NCBI GenBank assembly: GCA_963827235.1
Contig: CAWHAE010000008.1
Coordinates: 64,001-128,000, forward strand
Direction: 5' to 3'
Length of the DNA: 64,000 nucleotides
Origin: an uncultured bacterium
GTDB lineage: Bacteria; Chloroflexota; UBA5177; JANWHV01
Made by a program: the position numbers and the translations under genes. The notes below the pieces were generated by a model. The model was given only the letters and a program-made list of their open reading frames with translations, was not told where the DNA came from and did not search any database. Below, in pieces: positions 48,207 through 60,874 of this stretch (position 1 is its first letter; each line of letters starts with the position of its first letter).

Positions 48207-49043
48207 TTAACGCTCCTTGGCCTGCTTCGCCGCGGCGATAGCGGCGAGCTGGCGCTTTCCGCGCTCGTCTAGCTCCTCTCGCCAGTCGTCCTTGTGGGCG
48301 CGCATGGCTTCAGCCACGATCTGCGCCACGGCATAGTTCCGATACCACTTCTTGTCGGAAGGAATGACGTACCAGGGCGCCGACTTTGTCGAGCACTTGC
48401 TTAGGGCGATCTGATAGGCTTCGACGTAGTCCTCGTACAGCTCATGTTCAGGCCAGTCGGACGTCGAGAGCTTCCACGCCTTGCTATGGTCGGCTTCTCG
48501 CGCTTTGAGCCTGTCGCGCTGCTCGTTCCTGGATATGAATAGGAAGAACTTGAGCACGATAGTGCCCGATTCGACCAGAAGCTGCTCGAACGAGTTGATC
48601 TGATCGTAGCGCGCGTGGAGTATGTTCTCAGGCACCATCTTGTGCACGCGCGTGACGAGCACGTCTTCGTAGTGCGAGCGGTTGAAGATAGCAACAGAGC
48701 CGAGCGGCGGTGTGGCACGGTGCACTCGCCAGAGAAAGTCATGCGCTCGCTCCTCCGGGGTCGGCACTTTGAACGATTCCACGCTACAGCTTGCCGGGTT
48801 GAAGGCGGCCATGACGTGGCGAATCGTTCCGTCCTTTCCCGCGGTGTCCAATCCTTGAAGTACCAGGAGGATGCCGTTCTGGCCGGCGGCGTAGTGTATC
48901 TCCTGCAGTGCTGTAAGCTCTTCTTGCATCTTGGCCGTCTGGGCTTCGGCATCCTCGCGCGCCACACCGTGCGTATCAGCCGGATCGATCTGGCGAAGGT
49001 CCACGTGATCCTCCGGCTTCACCTTGTAGGCAAACTCTTTCAC
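48207..49043 (-). CDS. ppk2: Polyphosphate kinase 2 family protein
   Basis: QGLDTAGKDG, FKVPT.EE..HDFLWR, FNRSHYEDVL, WK....D, APWYVIPSDKKWYRN; RBS GGGAGG before GTG. Confidence 0.93.
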   Translation of the reverse strand: MKEFAYKVKPEDHVDLRQIDPADTHGVAREDAEAQTAKMQEELTALQEIHYAAGQNGILLVLQGLDTAGKDGTIRHVMAAFNPASCSVESFKVPTPEERAHDFLWRVHRATPPLGSVAIFNRSHYEDVLVTRVHKMVPENILHARYDQINSFEQLLVESGTIVLKFFLFISRNEQRDRLKAREADHSKAWKLSTSDWPEHELYEDYVEAYQIALSKCSTKSAPWYVIPSDKKWYRNYAVAQIVAEAMRAHKDDWREELDERGKRQLAAIAAAKQAKER

Positions 49044-49125
49044 TGCAATCCTCCCGTGGCTTGCACCTGACGAGCAAGCGCAATTATTCCCTGCAACCGT
49101 GTGCGCACTCCTGCCGAGGGCAAGG

Positions 49126-50100
49126 TCAGAGTGTGGCGACGAGCCCGGCTCCCGTTTCACGCGCGCGCTCGTATACCGCGGCGGCGCACACGAGGTCCTG
49201 CGCGGCGATGCCCACCGTCTTGAAGACCGTGATCTGCGTCTTGTCGCGCCTGCCCGGTATCAGTCCGTCCACCAGAGCGCCGATCTCGCCGACGGCATGG
49301 TCCCGCAAAATCAGACCCCGTGCCATGGCTCCGGCAAGCTCGCCACACTCGCTCCACGCCGCCTCGTCGCCGTCCACATACACTGCAGCACGAGCAATTG
49401 TGGCATCGGGAACCTCCTGCATCGCGGTGGTGTAGGCTCCGATCGCCGTGATGTGACATCCTGCCTTGACGTCGGCGTCGGAAAACACCGGCGTCATGGA
49501 ATTCGTGGCCGTGATGATGATCTCGGCGTGTTCTAGAGCCTCGGCGCTCGACCGTGCGCGATGCATCTCAGCTGTCACGCGTCCCTCCATGCGAGCGACG
49601 AAGTCTGCTGTCTCTCGATCGGACGCACTGGCGATCCATACGTCGCTCACGGGTCGCACTGCCAGCACGGCGACAAGCTGGGTCTCGGCCTGTGCACCGG
49701 CGCCAATCAGCGCCACGGTCGAAGCGCCGGGCGCTGCCAGGAGCGAGGCCGCCAGCCCGCCGGCCGCGCCGGTTCGAATGGCAGTCAGCCGGGTGGCTCC
49801 CAGCAGCGCCACCGGCTCGCACGTCAAGCCGTCGAATAGCAGATAGGTGGCGCGTACCGTAGGCAGCCCTCGCGCGGCGTTCTCAGGCTGTACGCCAACC
49901 AGCTTCACACCGGCATACTGGCGCCCGTCGAACGCCGGCATACTCAGCAGCACGGCGTTCCGCGGCTTGAGAGCAAGGGGAAGGCGTTGCGGGCAAGTGA
50001 TGTCACCGCGTGAGAAGGAAGCGAAGGCTACCCGAACATACTCGATCGCGTCGGCGACAGACAACAGTCGATCGACCTGTTCCTCCGCGATGATGAGCAT
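49126..50100 (-). CDS. Ornithine cyclodeaminase/mu-crystallin family protein
   Basis: LSMPA, GVKLV, LTAIRTGAAG, IGAGAQA, HITAIGAY, FKTVGIAAQDL. Confidence 0.9.
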   Translation of the reverse strand: MLIIAEEQVDRLLSVADAIEYVRVAFASFSRGDITCPQRLPLALKPRNAVLLSMPAFDGRQYAGVKLVGVQPENAARGLPTVRATYLLFDGLTCEPVALLGATRLTAIRTGAAGGLAASLLAAPGASTVALIGAGAQAETQLVAVLAVRPVSDVWIASASDRETADFVARMEGRVTAEMHRARSSAEALEHAEIIITATNSMTPVFSDADVKAGCHITAIGAYTTAMQEVPDATIARAAVYVDGDEAAWSECGELAGAMARGLILRDHAVGEIGALVDGLIPGRRDKTQITVFKTVGIAAQDLVCAAAVYERARETGAGLVATL

Positions 50101-50567
50101 CAGATATCCAGTTGGTTCACAAAGTCTCTGAAGACCGCGAGCTTCTCGTCGTCGTCGGTCTTGGTTGCCACCTTCAGACCCGCCTGCTCGAACACGTCCT
50201 CCTCGACAAAGATGGCAGCATCGCAGCGCACGGCCAGCGCAATCGAGTCGCTGGGCCGAGCGTCGATCTCCAGCCGCTGACCATCGTGTTCCAAGGTGAT
50301 CGTGGCAAAGAACACGTCGTTCTCTAGGCTGTGAATGAGCACGCTCTCGACACGCGTGCTGAGTTGCTCGAGGATGTTGGTCAGCAGGTCGTGCGTGAAG
50401 GGCCGCGCCGGCTTGTGCCCCTGCAATTCGGCGGCTATGGCAAAGGATTCCCACTCGCCGATGTGGATGAGGAGGTAGCGGTCAATCTTGGAGTCTTTCA
50501 GCAGCACGACTCGCGAGTTGTTAGCCAGATTAATGCGCACGCTCTCGACAAACACCTTAACCGCCAT
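50100..50567 (-). CDS. Bifunctional nuclease family protein (DUF151)
   Basis: LIHIG..E..AI, RPFTHDL, FFA.I, IDARPSDSIALAVR. Confidence 0.92.
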   Translation of the reverse strand: MAVKVFVESVRINLANNSRVVLLKDSKIDRYLLIHIGEWESFAIAAELQGHKPARPFTHDLLTNILEQLSTRVESVLIHSLENDVFFATITLEHDGQRLEIDARPSDSIALAVRCDAAIFVEEDVFEQAGLKVATKTDDDEKLAVFRDFVNQLDI

Positions 50568-50727
50568 GATACAACCTCATTTCCAGCGGAACGGCACTCG
50601 CTGAGGCTTGTGGTTGCATTGTACACCCGAGGCTACCATCGGGGAAGCATTCCGGAGAGCTGCTGAGCTCGCTCTCGACAGCCTTTGCCACTTGCTCGAC
50701 AGCGCAGTACGCTGATGGCTGGGCCGA

Positions 50728-51708
50728 GTGCCTGGCAATGGAGGGCATCGGCGTGCTCCGCGAGGCGGTGCGGAAAGGTACAGGGGGTGCCGTAGTTTGG
50801 GAACTCTTCCCCTGCAGCGCGCCGAGGAGCAGAGCGCGCGCGGTGCTTTCGAAGAATCACCCGGCACAGGACCGCACCGGTACACATCATCGGGGCTGGC
50901 TCTGGCTGCGCTCATCGTGCTCGGGCTCGGCTTCTTTGTCTGCACGCTGTTCCGGGTCATCGGCCGCTACACGCACTATGATTTGCGCATCGTCGCCCAT
51001 TTGGTGCCGGCACGAGACCACACCCATGTTCTTGCTCTCATCCATCCGCTCGTTCACCTGGGGGATGCCGCGTTTGTGGCCGCCGTCATGGCGGGCGGTA
51101 TGGTCGTATTGTGGTTGATGGGATACCGGCATACCTGGGCCCTGCTCGCGGGCTTTCTCTCGTGGCCGGCCGAGCTCCTGTGCAAGGCGACGTTGCCGCA
51201 GCCCGATGGGCTCGGCACGCAGCAGGCCTCGGTGACCCTATCGTCGCTCGTGCATGGCGCCGGGACCAAGACGGTAGGTGGGTGGCTGCAGCACACTGCA
51301 CCCGATAGCTTGCGGACTCTGGCGGGCGCGGCAGGTGGGATCTCGGTCAACCTCGTCTCCAGCTATCCGAGCGGTACGACTGCCCGTGCCACGTTCGCGC
51401 TCGGGTTACTGATATGGCTGTGCCTGCAGGCGGACATCCCGCTGATCAGCGGGATGGTTGCGCTGGCGATGGTGGCGCCCTTGTGCGTCGTCGGTCCGGC
51501 TATGGTGCTATACGCCTGGCACTGGCCGAGCGACGTCCTGGGCGGATACCTGCTCGGCTTCCTGCTCCTGGCGGCGACCCTGGCGGCGCTCCGTCGTCCG
51601 GCGGTGGACGGTCGAAGCCTCGACCAGCACTCAACTCGGCCAGCGCTGTCACCGCTTCCCGTGCGATCGTCTAGTTCGCGAAGCAGACTATCGTGGATTC
51701 CCAACTGA
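50728..51708 (+). CDS. PAP2-superfamily membrane protein with degenerate phosphatase motifs; start uncertain
   Basis: Multiple TM segments; SYPSGT and WHWPSDVLGG. Confidence 0.7.
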   Translation: MPGNGGHRRAPRGGAERYRGCRSLGTLPLQRAEEQSARGAFEESPGTGPHRYTSSGLALAALIVLGLGFFVCTLFRVIGRYTHYDLRIVAHLVPARDHTHVLALIHPLVHLGDAAFVAAVMAGGMVVLWLMGYRHTWALLAGFLSWPAELLCKATLPQPDGLGTQQASVTLSSLVHGAGTKTVGGWLQHTAPDSLRTLAGAAGGISVNLVSSYPSGTTARATFALGLLIWLCLQADIPLISGMVALAMVAPLCVVGPAMVLYAWHWPSDVLGGYLLGFLLLAATLAALRRPAVDGRSLDQHSTRPALSPLPVRSSSSRSRLSWIPN

Positions 51709-51780
51709 CGCTCGGCGTGGCTGCATGGTGAGAGATGTACGTCCTTACCTGCCGCTCGCATCCCGCCGCGAACCCCACCC

Positions 51781-52056
51781 TTAGCCGGCGTCGATCGGTT
51801 CCGGGCCATCTCCGTGAGGCATCTCCGTCCCAAGCTCTGCAGCGTCCGGATCGACGGGCGATCCAGCTGCTTCAAGCAGGTCTAGGGTAGCGTCCCGTAG
51901 AAACGTGGCCACGGTGAGCAGGTGGCGAGCCGGGTCGACCAGCGTGGCGGCCTCCTCGGGCCCCAGGGCACGCATGAGGTCGTCCAACTGTTTGACGTAC
52001 TCTGCCACCTGGTCGTGAATACGCGTCAGGACTTCGTCTCGTCTCGGCTCGGCCAT
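51781..52056 (-). CDS. Small helical hypothetical protein downstream of lepA
   Basis: Strong RBS GAGGAGG; 91 aa, amphipathic helices and acidic tail. Confidence 0.7.
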   Translation of the reverse strand: MAEPRRDEVLTRIHDQVAEYVKQLDDLMRALGPEEAATLVDPARHLLTVATFLRDATLDLLEAAGSPVDPDAAELGTEMPHGDGPEPIDAG

Positions 52057-52091
52057 TTCTCAATTCCTCCTCGCGACGTCAGGTGATCTGA

Positions 52092-53894
52092 CTATTCGTC
52101 ACCCAGCGACAGCACAGCCATGAAGGCCTCCTGTGGTATCTCCACGTTGCCGACACGCTTCATGCGTGCCTTGCCCTCTTTCTGTTTTTCCAGAAGCTTA
52201 CGCTTCCTCGTCACGTCGCCGCCGTAGCACTTGGCCAGCACATCCTTGCGCATTGCCCGGATGGTCTCGCGAGCGATAATACGGGCCCCGACCGCGGCCT
52301 GGATCGGCACTTCGAAGAGCTGACGCGGAATGATGCTGCGTAGCTTGTCGACCAGTTGGCGGCCCAACGCATACGCCTTGTCGGCATGTGTGATCATGGA
52401 CAGCGCGTCGACCGGCGAGCCGTTGACCAGGATGTCGAGCTTGACCAGCTTGCCCTCTCGGTAGCCGGTCATCGTATAGTCGAGCGAGGCGTACCCCTGC
52501 GTCCTGGACTTGAGCTGGTCGTAATAATCGACGATGAGCTCGGAGAGCGGCACGTCGTAATCGAGCTGAACGCGTTGCTCATCCAGATACGACATGTGCA
52601 CGAACACGCCGCGGTGTGTCCGGTTGAGCTCCATCACCGCGCCGATGTACGTCGTGGGCGTGAAGACGCTGGCTTTCACCCAGGGCTCGGCTATGCTGGT
52701 TATCTCCCCTACGGGCGGCAACTGAGCAGGATTGTCGATCTTGAGCTCGGTGCCGTCGGTACGAGTCACCACGTATTCCACGCTGGGAGCGGTGGCCAGG
52801 AGCTCGAGGTGGTACTCGCGCTCCAGTCGCTCCTGAATTATCTCCATGTGCAGCAATCCGAGGAAACCGCAACGGTAGCCGAAGCCCAGGGCGATCGAGC
52901 TCTCCGGTTCGTAGGTCAGGCTGGCGTCGTTGAGCTGCAGCCGCTCGAGTGCGTCGCGCACGAGCGGATAATCCTCCCCCTTAATGGGGTAGATCCCGGC
53001 GAAGACCATCGGGCGGGCCGCCTTATAGCCGGGAAGCGGCTCGGATGCCGGTCGGTCGTCAAGCGTTATGGTGTCGCCCACCTGGCAGTCTTTGACATTC
53101 TTGAGTCCGGTGGCCACATAGCCGACCTCGCCCGCGACGAGCTCGGGAAGCGGCGTGAGCATGGGCCGGAAGCTGCCCAACTCCATGATCTCGCTGACCG
53201 CGCCCGAGGCCATTAGGCTGATGCGAGATCCTGTCGGCAGCACACCGTCCATCATGCGCACGTACGCCACTACGCCGCGGTACGAGTCGTACTTTGAGTC
53301 GAAGATGAGCGCCCGCACGGGAGCATCCACGTCGCCGGCGGGTGGCGGCACTGAATGCACGACGGCCTCCAGCACATCGTGAATGCCGATTCCGGCCTTC
53401 GCGCTGATAAGCAGCACGTCTTCCGCGTCCAGGCCGATGACACGCTGAATCTCCTCGCGGACGCGCTCCGGCTCGGCGCTCGGCAGGTCGATCTTGTTGA
53501 TCACCGGAATAATCGCCAGGTTCTGCTCGTAGGCGAGATACATGTTTGCCAGGGTCTGGGCCTCTATTCCCTGGCTAGCGTCGACCACGAGAACGGCGCC
53601 TTCGCAGGCTGCGAGGCTGCGCGAGACCTCGTAGTTGAAGTCCACGTGTCCGGGCGTATCGATCAGATTGAGCTCGTACACCGTGCCGTCCTCCGCCTGA
53701 TACGACATGCGGACGGCCTGCGCTTTGATCGTGATGCCCTTTTCGCGCTCGAGATCCATCTGGTCGAGGACCTGGTCTTCCATCTCGCGCTTGCTGAGCG
53801 TGTTCGTCTCCTCCAGTAGGCGGTCGGCGAGCGTGGACTTGCCGTGGTCTATGTGCGCGATAATGCAGAAGTTCCGAATATGCTGTTGGTCCAT
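52092..53894 (-). CDS. lepA: Elongation factor 4
   Basis: [61 protein letters not shown]. Confidence 0.98.
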   Translation of the reverse strand: MDQQHIRNFCIIAHIDHGKSTLADRLLEETNTLSKREMEDQVLDQMDLEREKGITIKAQAVRMSYQAEDGTVYELNLIDTPGHVDFNYEVSRSLAACEGAVLVVDASQGIEAQTLANMYLAYEQNLAIIPVINKIDLPSAEPERVREEIQRVIGLDAEDVLLISAKAGIGIHDVLEAVVHSVPPPAGDVDAPVRALIFDSKYDSYRGVVAYVRMMDGVLPTGSRISLMASGAVSEIMELGSFRPMLTPLPELVAGEVGYVATGLKNVKDCQVGDTITLDDRPASEPLPGYKAARPMVFAGIYPIKGEDYPLVRDALERLQLNDASLTYEPESSIALGFGYRCGFLGLLHMEIIQERLEREYHLELLATAPSVEYVVTRTDGTELKIDNPAQLPPVGEITSIAEPWVKASVFTPTTYIGAVMELNRTHRGVFVHMSYLDEQRVQLDYDVPLSELIVDYYDQLKSRTQGYASLDYTMTGYREGKLVKLDILVNGSPVDALSMITHADKAYALGRQLVDKLRSIIPRQLFEVPIQAAVGARIIARETIRAMRKDVLAKCYGGDVTRKRKLLEKQKEGKARMKRVGNVEIPQEAFMAVLSLGDE

Positions 53895-54293
53895 GAGCTC
53901 CAGTCACGCGAAGCCGGCATTCGCCCCGGCCAGCTCCTGAACGTTGCCTCGGGCGCCACTTGGTTCGTCGTCGCGGTCGCACACGGTTTCCTGGCTGCGC
54001 CGGCAGCGGTCTCGTGCCGGACCGGCCGGGCACCGAAGGACCGTGTCGACAGCGGGCTCGCGGCCGTGAGGAGATCGCCACCCAGGAATAGGGTACCGTC
54101 AAGCCTACGGTTTTGTCGCGAGCTCGATTGGGCTCCTGGCGCTCGCCCTGAGCCCGCCGGGTGGGGTGGTACACTGAGGTCGCAGGAAGCCCGGCACCGG
54201 CGGCACCTCGTAGTACCTCCGGCAGGCCGCTCACGGCTTCGACCGACTGATAGCGCGCATGATGTTCCAAGCATGAGTTAGCAAGGAGTCACT

Positions 54294-55862
54294 GTGGAGC
54301 GCCCCCCCGTCGTATGCCTTATCATCCTGGATGGATACGGCTACCGCGAAGACACTCACGGTAATGCCATTCTGGCCGCCAACAAGCCGACACTCGACCG
54401 AATCTGGTCGTCATGCCCTCATACCCTGATCGAGGCGTCGGGCCGGGCGGTCGGGCTGCCGAGCGGCATGATGGGTAACTCCGAGACCGGTCACCAGAAC
54501 ATGGGTGCAGGCCGCGTTGTCATGCAGCTGCTCACCCAGATTTCGCGGCGTATAGAAGACGGCACCTTCTTCCAGAACCCGGCATTTCACGGAGCCATAG
54601 AGCACGTTCGCGAGCGGGGCACAAAGCTGCACTTGATCGGACTCATCGGTCCCGGCGGCGTGCACGCCTATGACGAGCACTTGCTGGCGCTGCTCAAGCT
54701 TACCCGCAGCAAGGGCCTGGAGAAGGTGTTCGTGCAGGCGATCCTGGACGGCCGCGACACCCCGCCGCGCAGCGCCCACGAATACGTGGAGAAGTTGAAC
54801 GGCAATCTGGACGAAATGCAGATCGGCCGCATCGCGACGGTGAGCGGCCGCTACTACGCAATGGATCGCGACAAGCGCTGGGATCGCACCGCTAGGGCCT
54901 ACGAGGCTCTGGTTTACGGCAAAGGCGAAGAGGCTCCCGACGCTCTGACCGCGATCGAAAGAAGCTACGCGGGCGACGTCAACGACGAGTTCGTGCTTCC
55001 CACCGTCATCGTGCAGGACGGCCACCCGGTGGCTACCGTCTCGGACGGCGATGCCGTCATCTTCTTCAACTTCCGGGGCGATCGCCCGCGCCAGCTTACC
55101 CGCGCCTTCGTAATGCCCGATTTCTCGTCGTTCGACCGCGGGCGGCAGCTCAAGGATCTCTACTTTGTGACGCTGGCTGCGTACGAGTCGAACGTCCCCG
55201 TGGTCGTCGCCTATCCTCCAGAGGACTTGTCTGACCCTGTGGAGGTCACCATCGCCCAGGTGGTGAGCGAGGCAGGGCTGACACAACTCCACGTCGCCGA
55301 GACGGAGAAATACGCCCACGTCACAATCTTCATCAACGGTGGCCGCGAGCAGCCGTGGCCGGGCGAGGACCGCGTGCTGGTACCCTCACCGAAAGTCGCC
55401 ACCTATGACTTGTCCCCGGAGATGAGCGCTGCCGGAGTGGCGCAAGCGGTGGTCGATCGGTTGCGCGCGAACAAGCCGGACCTGGTAATCATGAATTTCG
55501 CGAACTGCGACATGGTCGGTCACAGCGGCATGATTCCGCCCACTATTCGCGCCGTCGAGACGGTCGACCGCGAGCTGAACAGAGTGTTGCAGACCGTGGC
55601 TGAGCTCGGCGGGCTGGCGTTCGTGACCGCTGACCACGGCAATGCCGAGATGATGATCGATCCGCAGCTCGGAACCCCTCATACGGCGCACACGACGTGT
55701 CCTGTGCCGTTTGTCCTGGTACCTCCAAGCCCGCGGTCGCCCTGGCACGCGGTGAAGCTGCGCGACGGTGGGGTATTGAGCGACATCGGCCCGACAGTGC
55801 TGGACGCGATGGGATTGCCCCAACCGTCCAAGATGCTGGCCCATTCACTGCTCGATCGTTAA
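54294..55862 (+). CDS. gpmI: 2,3-bisphosphoglycerate-independent phosphoglycerate mutase
   Basis: ILDGYG, MGNSETGH, DGRDT, GRYYAMDRD, AETEKYAHVT, DMVGH, TADHGNAE, TAHT. Confidence 0.97.
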   Translation: MERPPVVCLIILDGYGYREDTHGNAILAANKPTLDRIWSSCPHTLIEASGRAVGLPSGMMGNSETGHQNMGAGRVVMQLLTQISRRIEDGTFFQNPAFHGAIEHVRERGTKLHLIGLIGPGGVHAYDEHLLALLKLTRSKGLEKVFVQAILDGRDTPPRSAHEYVEKLNGNLDEMQIGRIATVSGRYYAMDRDKRWDRTARAYEALVYGKGEEAPDALTAIERSYAGDVNDEFVLPTVIVQDGHPVATVSDGDAVIFFNFRGDRPRQLTRAFVMPDFSSFDRGRQLKDLYFVTLAAYESNVPVVVAYPPEDLSDPVEVTIAQVVSEAGLTQLHVAETEKYAHVTIFINGGREQPWPGEDRVLVPSPKVATYDLSPEMSAAGVAQAVVDRLRANKPDLVIMNFANCDMVGHSGMIPPTIRAVETVDRELNRVLQTVAELGGLAFVTADHGNAEMMIDPQLGTPHTAHTTCPVPFVLVPPSPRSPWHAVKLRDGGVLSDIGPTVLDAMGLPQPSKMLAHSLLDR

Positions 55863-57269
<1,407 letters not shown>

Positions 57270-57393
57270 CCCGGCCGAATGCCGGTCCACTGCTGGCGGG
57301 GCGGTGTTCGATCGAGCACCACCCCGATTTCTTGCTGGAGATTATCCTGATCCGCGGCCGTCGGCACGGACGGCTGAGCGTATACTGGCAACT

Positions 57394-58116
57394 ATGATGG
57401 TCACAGTAGAGGAACGCGCGCCCGTCGTGGAAGTACTCATATAGTCTTGCCGATCTGATCGCGCAGGTTAGCACTCTTGAAGGCGTGTCTCTGACCGAAC
57501 GGGTCGTGCGGCAGTATCTAGCCGATGGACTGCTGCCCTCGCCCGAGCCAGCGCGGCGGTCCAAGCCCTATGGCGAGGAGCACCTCGTCCATCTTCGGCT
57601 GGTTGCTCGGCTTTCCAGCCAGTATGTGCCGCCTCGCGAGATTCAGCGCTTCGTGGGCCGGCTGTCGCCCGACGGTATGCGCTCGCTTGTTGAGCGCCCG
57701 TTGCCTTCCCGCCTGCCCTCGGAAGGCGATGCTCAGGCGTACCTGAATCGTCTCTCCAGGTCCGCTGCCTTCCGCGCTGACCAGCCAGGCGCTGTTTACA
57801 GGGGCGATCCAGACCTGCAGCGAACCGCCGGATGGCGCCGCGCCCGGCTGGCGGCGCACACCGACCGGCGGTCCGCCCAAGCCCGACTCGCCGACACAGG
57901 AGCTCGAGCAGTCGGCGGCGGCGAAGGCATTCGCACAGCGTCGTGCGCAGCCCATGGATACGGGTGAGCGTCGATCCCGACGTGGAGATCGCCGTCGGGC
58001 CAACGGTCACGATCAGCGGCGGCTCTGGACGCCCTGATCGCGGCCGTCCAGGAGGTGCTGGCCAGCGAGCGAGGGGCACAAGGTGCTCAGCGGCCTGGCG
58101 GGACGGTTGTTCATGA
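57394..58116 (+). CDS. MerR-like HTH protein, broken by several frameshifts
   Basis: YSLADL...TERVVRQYLADGLLPSP...YGEEHLVHLRLV...PPREI, later WIRVSVDPDVEIAV, spread across frames; TATACT 8 nt before the ATG. Confidence 0.6.
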
Positions 58117-58991
58117 TCTTCTCATCTTCCCGACGCGTGCCGCTCGTGGGGGCGCATCGTGGCGCGTCGTGCGACGCGCCGGAAAACACGTCGGCAGCCT
58201 TTGACCTCGCGGTGCGGCAGGGTGCCGAGCTGATCGAACTGGACGTGCACTTGTCTGCCGATCGCTGCCTGGTAGTGCATCACGATTTCGATCTGCTGCG
58301 CACGGCTGGCTGCGCCGGCCGGATCGGCGATCTCGACCTAGGGCCCTGCAAGAGTTCGACGTCGGCTCGTGGGGCGGCGAGACCTACAGAGGCGAGCGGG
58401 TGCCGACGCTGGACCTTGTACTGGAGCGATACGGGCGGCGAGTGCTCCTGAACGTGGAGATCAAAGTCGGTGCGGCTCCCTATGAGGGCATCGTGGAGCT
58501 CGTGGCCGAGGCTACGACTTATGGCGCATGGACTTGGCGAGCGGGTGGTCGTGTCGACGTTCGACCTGGAAACGTTCCTTCGCTTGCGCCGTTGCACCCC
58601 GGCGTGCGCGACCTCGCTGCTGTTCGAGACGCCGGAGCATGTTCGTGATGGACTTTCGCCGCGACGACTGTTGCAGGCGGCGCTGGTGCTCGCCGCGCAG
58701 GCGGGGCCGTTGGCATCCACCTTGATCACGCCCTCGATAGATCAGACGTTGTGGATCAGGGCGGCGCGCCTCGGCCTCGGCGTGCTGGCGTGGACAGTCG
58801 ACGATGAGCAGGAGATGCGCCGGCTGGCCAGTTTGGGTGTCGAGGCCATTCTGAGCAACACGCCGGACGTGCTGCGGCGGCAGGTCTTGCCGATTGCGCT
58901 CCGCTTCAGGCACATGATCGATGCTGGGTTCGGCGCGGCCCAGGCGTCTTCCGGCATCTGCCTAGGTGAACCGCGAGCGACTGCTCGATGA
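58113..58991 (+). CDS. Glycerophosphodiester phosphodiesterase (frameshifted)
   Basis: AHRGAS..APENT, ELDVHLS, VVHHD, PTL, NVEIK, STFD, WTVDD, GVEAILSN spread over three frames. Confidence 0.8.
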
Positions 58992-59002
58992 GAGGTCTGT
59001 AC

Positions 59003-60874
59003 ATGAGCACGGGTAGCGGCTCCCATCCATTTCTGGCCCGCTTCTCCCAGGGTCCGCTGCTTGTGACGGTGGCATGGGCACGCAGCTCTACGCAAGCGGC
59101 ATATCATTTGAGCGCGGATTCGAGAGCCAGAACCTGGTCAACGGCCCACTGGTCGAGCGCATCCATCGGGCTTACTTGTCTTCCGGCGCGGAAGTGCTGG
59201 AGACAAACACCTTTGGCGCGAATCGCCTGAAGCTGGCATCCTACGGGCTCGCGGAAGTGCCGGGAGGTCTGTCGCATCGGGCGCGCGCATCGCGCGAAAC
59301 GCCCGCGAAGTGGCTGGCGTGGACGCCTTCGTCGCCGGCGCAATCGGACCCTCGGCTGTCTGCTCGAGCCGTACAGCGACGTCTCGCTGCTCCAGGCCGC
59401 GCGTATGCTTTCGCGAGATGGTCGAGGGCCTAGTCAAGGGCGGAGTCGACCTCCTCGTACTGGAAACCTTTCTCAGTATCGAGGAGATCGCGGAGGCGAT
59501 TGGCTGCGGTGCACGATGTCTGCGATCTTCCTCTCGTAGCGCAGGTCAGCTTCACCGGGGAGCTGCTGACGCCTTCCGGCCAGACTCCTGAAGGGGTCGC
59601 CGAGGCGCTTGACTCGCTCGGAGTGGACGTCATCGGCACGAACTGCGGCGTAGGCCCCCAAAGTGCGCTGGAGATTGTGGAGCGCATGGCGTCGGTGACG
59701 CACCGTCCACTCTCGGCGCAGCCCAATGCCGGCATGCCGCAACGCATGGCGGGACGGCTCCTGTTTCTCTCGTCTCCCGAATACTTCGCCGACTACTCCT
59801 CCCGGCTGGTGAGCGGCCGGCGCCGCGATGGTCGGCGGCTGCTGCGGCACGACACCCGACCACATATCAGCCATGGCGGCGTCGCTACGACTTCCGCCCT
59901 GGTCGTCGAGCCGCGACGGCGGGAGCGCAATCGTGGTCGACGGTCCGACCGCGGAAACCGACATGAGGACCGCCGTGGAGCCGTCCGCTCTCGAGCTCGC
60001 CTTCCAGAGAGGCATGGCGATCAGCGTCGAGTTGTCGCCTCCTCGCGGTGCCAATCCCAGCCGGATGCTTGCTGGAGCCCGCATGCTCAAGGACGCAGGC
60101 GTCGATGCCCTCAACATCACCGATGGCGCCATGGCGCGCGTGCGCATGAGCACTCTTGCTTCCGGCAGCCTGGTGCGCCAGCACGTCGGAATCGATCCTG
60201 TCCTGCACGTGACCACGCGCGATCGCAACGTCATGGCTCTGCAGTCTGACCTGCTGGGCGCCCACGCCCTTGGCCTGAGGGTCGTCCTGGCGCTTACCGG
60301 CGACCCGCCGAATCTGGGAGATTCGGCGCTCGCCAAGGGCGTGTATGACGTGGACTCTATCGGCCTGATCAGGATGCTTCGCGGTCTCAACGAGGGCGTT
60401 GACGCTGCCGGAAATGCGATTGGTCAGAAGACCACGTTCATGATCGGCGCCGCGCTCAATCCTACGGCTACCGATCTCGAGTTCGAGCTGGATCGTTTCC
60501 GGCGAAAGGTCGACGCCGGAGCCCATTTCGTCATGACCCAGCCTGTTTACGACGCCGAGCTCTTTTCGAGGGTGCTTGGGCGCATCGGGCCCCTGTCCGT
60601 ACCGGTGCTGATGGGTCTGATGCCTCTGCAGAGCTTTCGTAACGCGGAGTTCGTACATAACGAGCTTCCAGGTGTCAAGCTTACAGAGGACGTGCTAGTA
60701 CGGATGCGCAAGGCCGGCGCGCAAGGTCAGGCCGAGGGATTGGCCATCTCTCTCGAGCTGCTGAATGCCTGCTTGCACCAGGTATCGGGCGTCTACATCA
60801 TCCCGACCTTCCAGCGTTACGAGCCGGCCGCCGAGCTGGTCCGCCGTCTTCGCGCTATTGGCCGCTCTGAGTGA
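59003..60874 (+). CDS. Bifunctional homocysteine S-methyltransferase / methylenetetrahydrofolate reductase (YitJ-like), multiple frameshifts
   Basis: DGGMGTQL, IHRAY..GA....TNTFGANR, LETF, NCGVGP, QPNAG, GGCCGTTPDHI, VELSPP, RDRN..ALQS.LLG, TGDPP, MTQPVYD, HNELPG. Confidence 0.85.

Noticed and set aside
53895-54293. ncRNA (SRP, 6S or riboswitch) in the 400-nt lepA-gpmI gap
   Set aside because: No recognisable consensus motif; divergent promoters and leaders explain the gap
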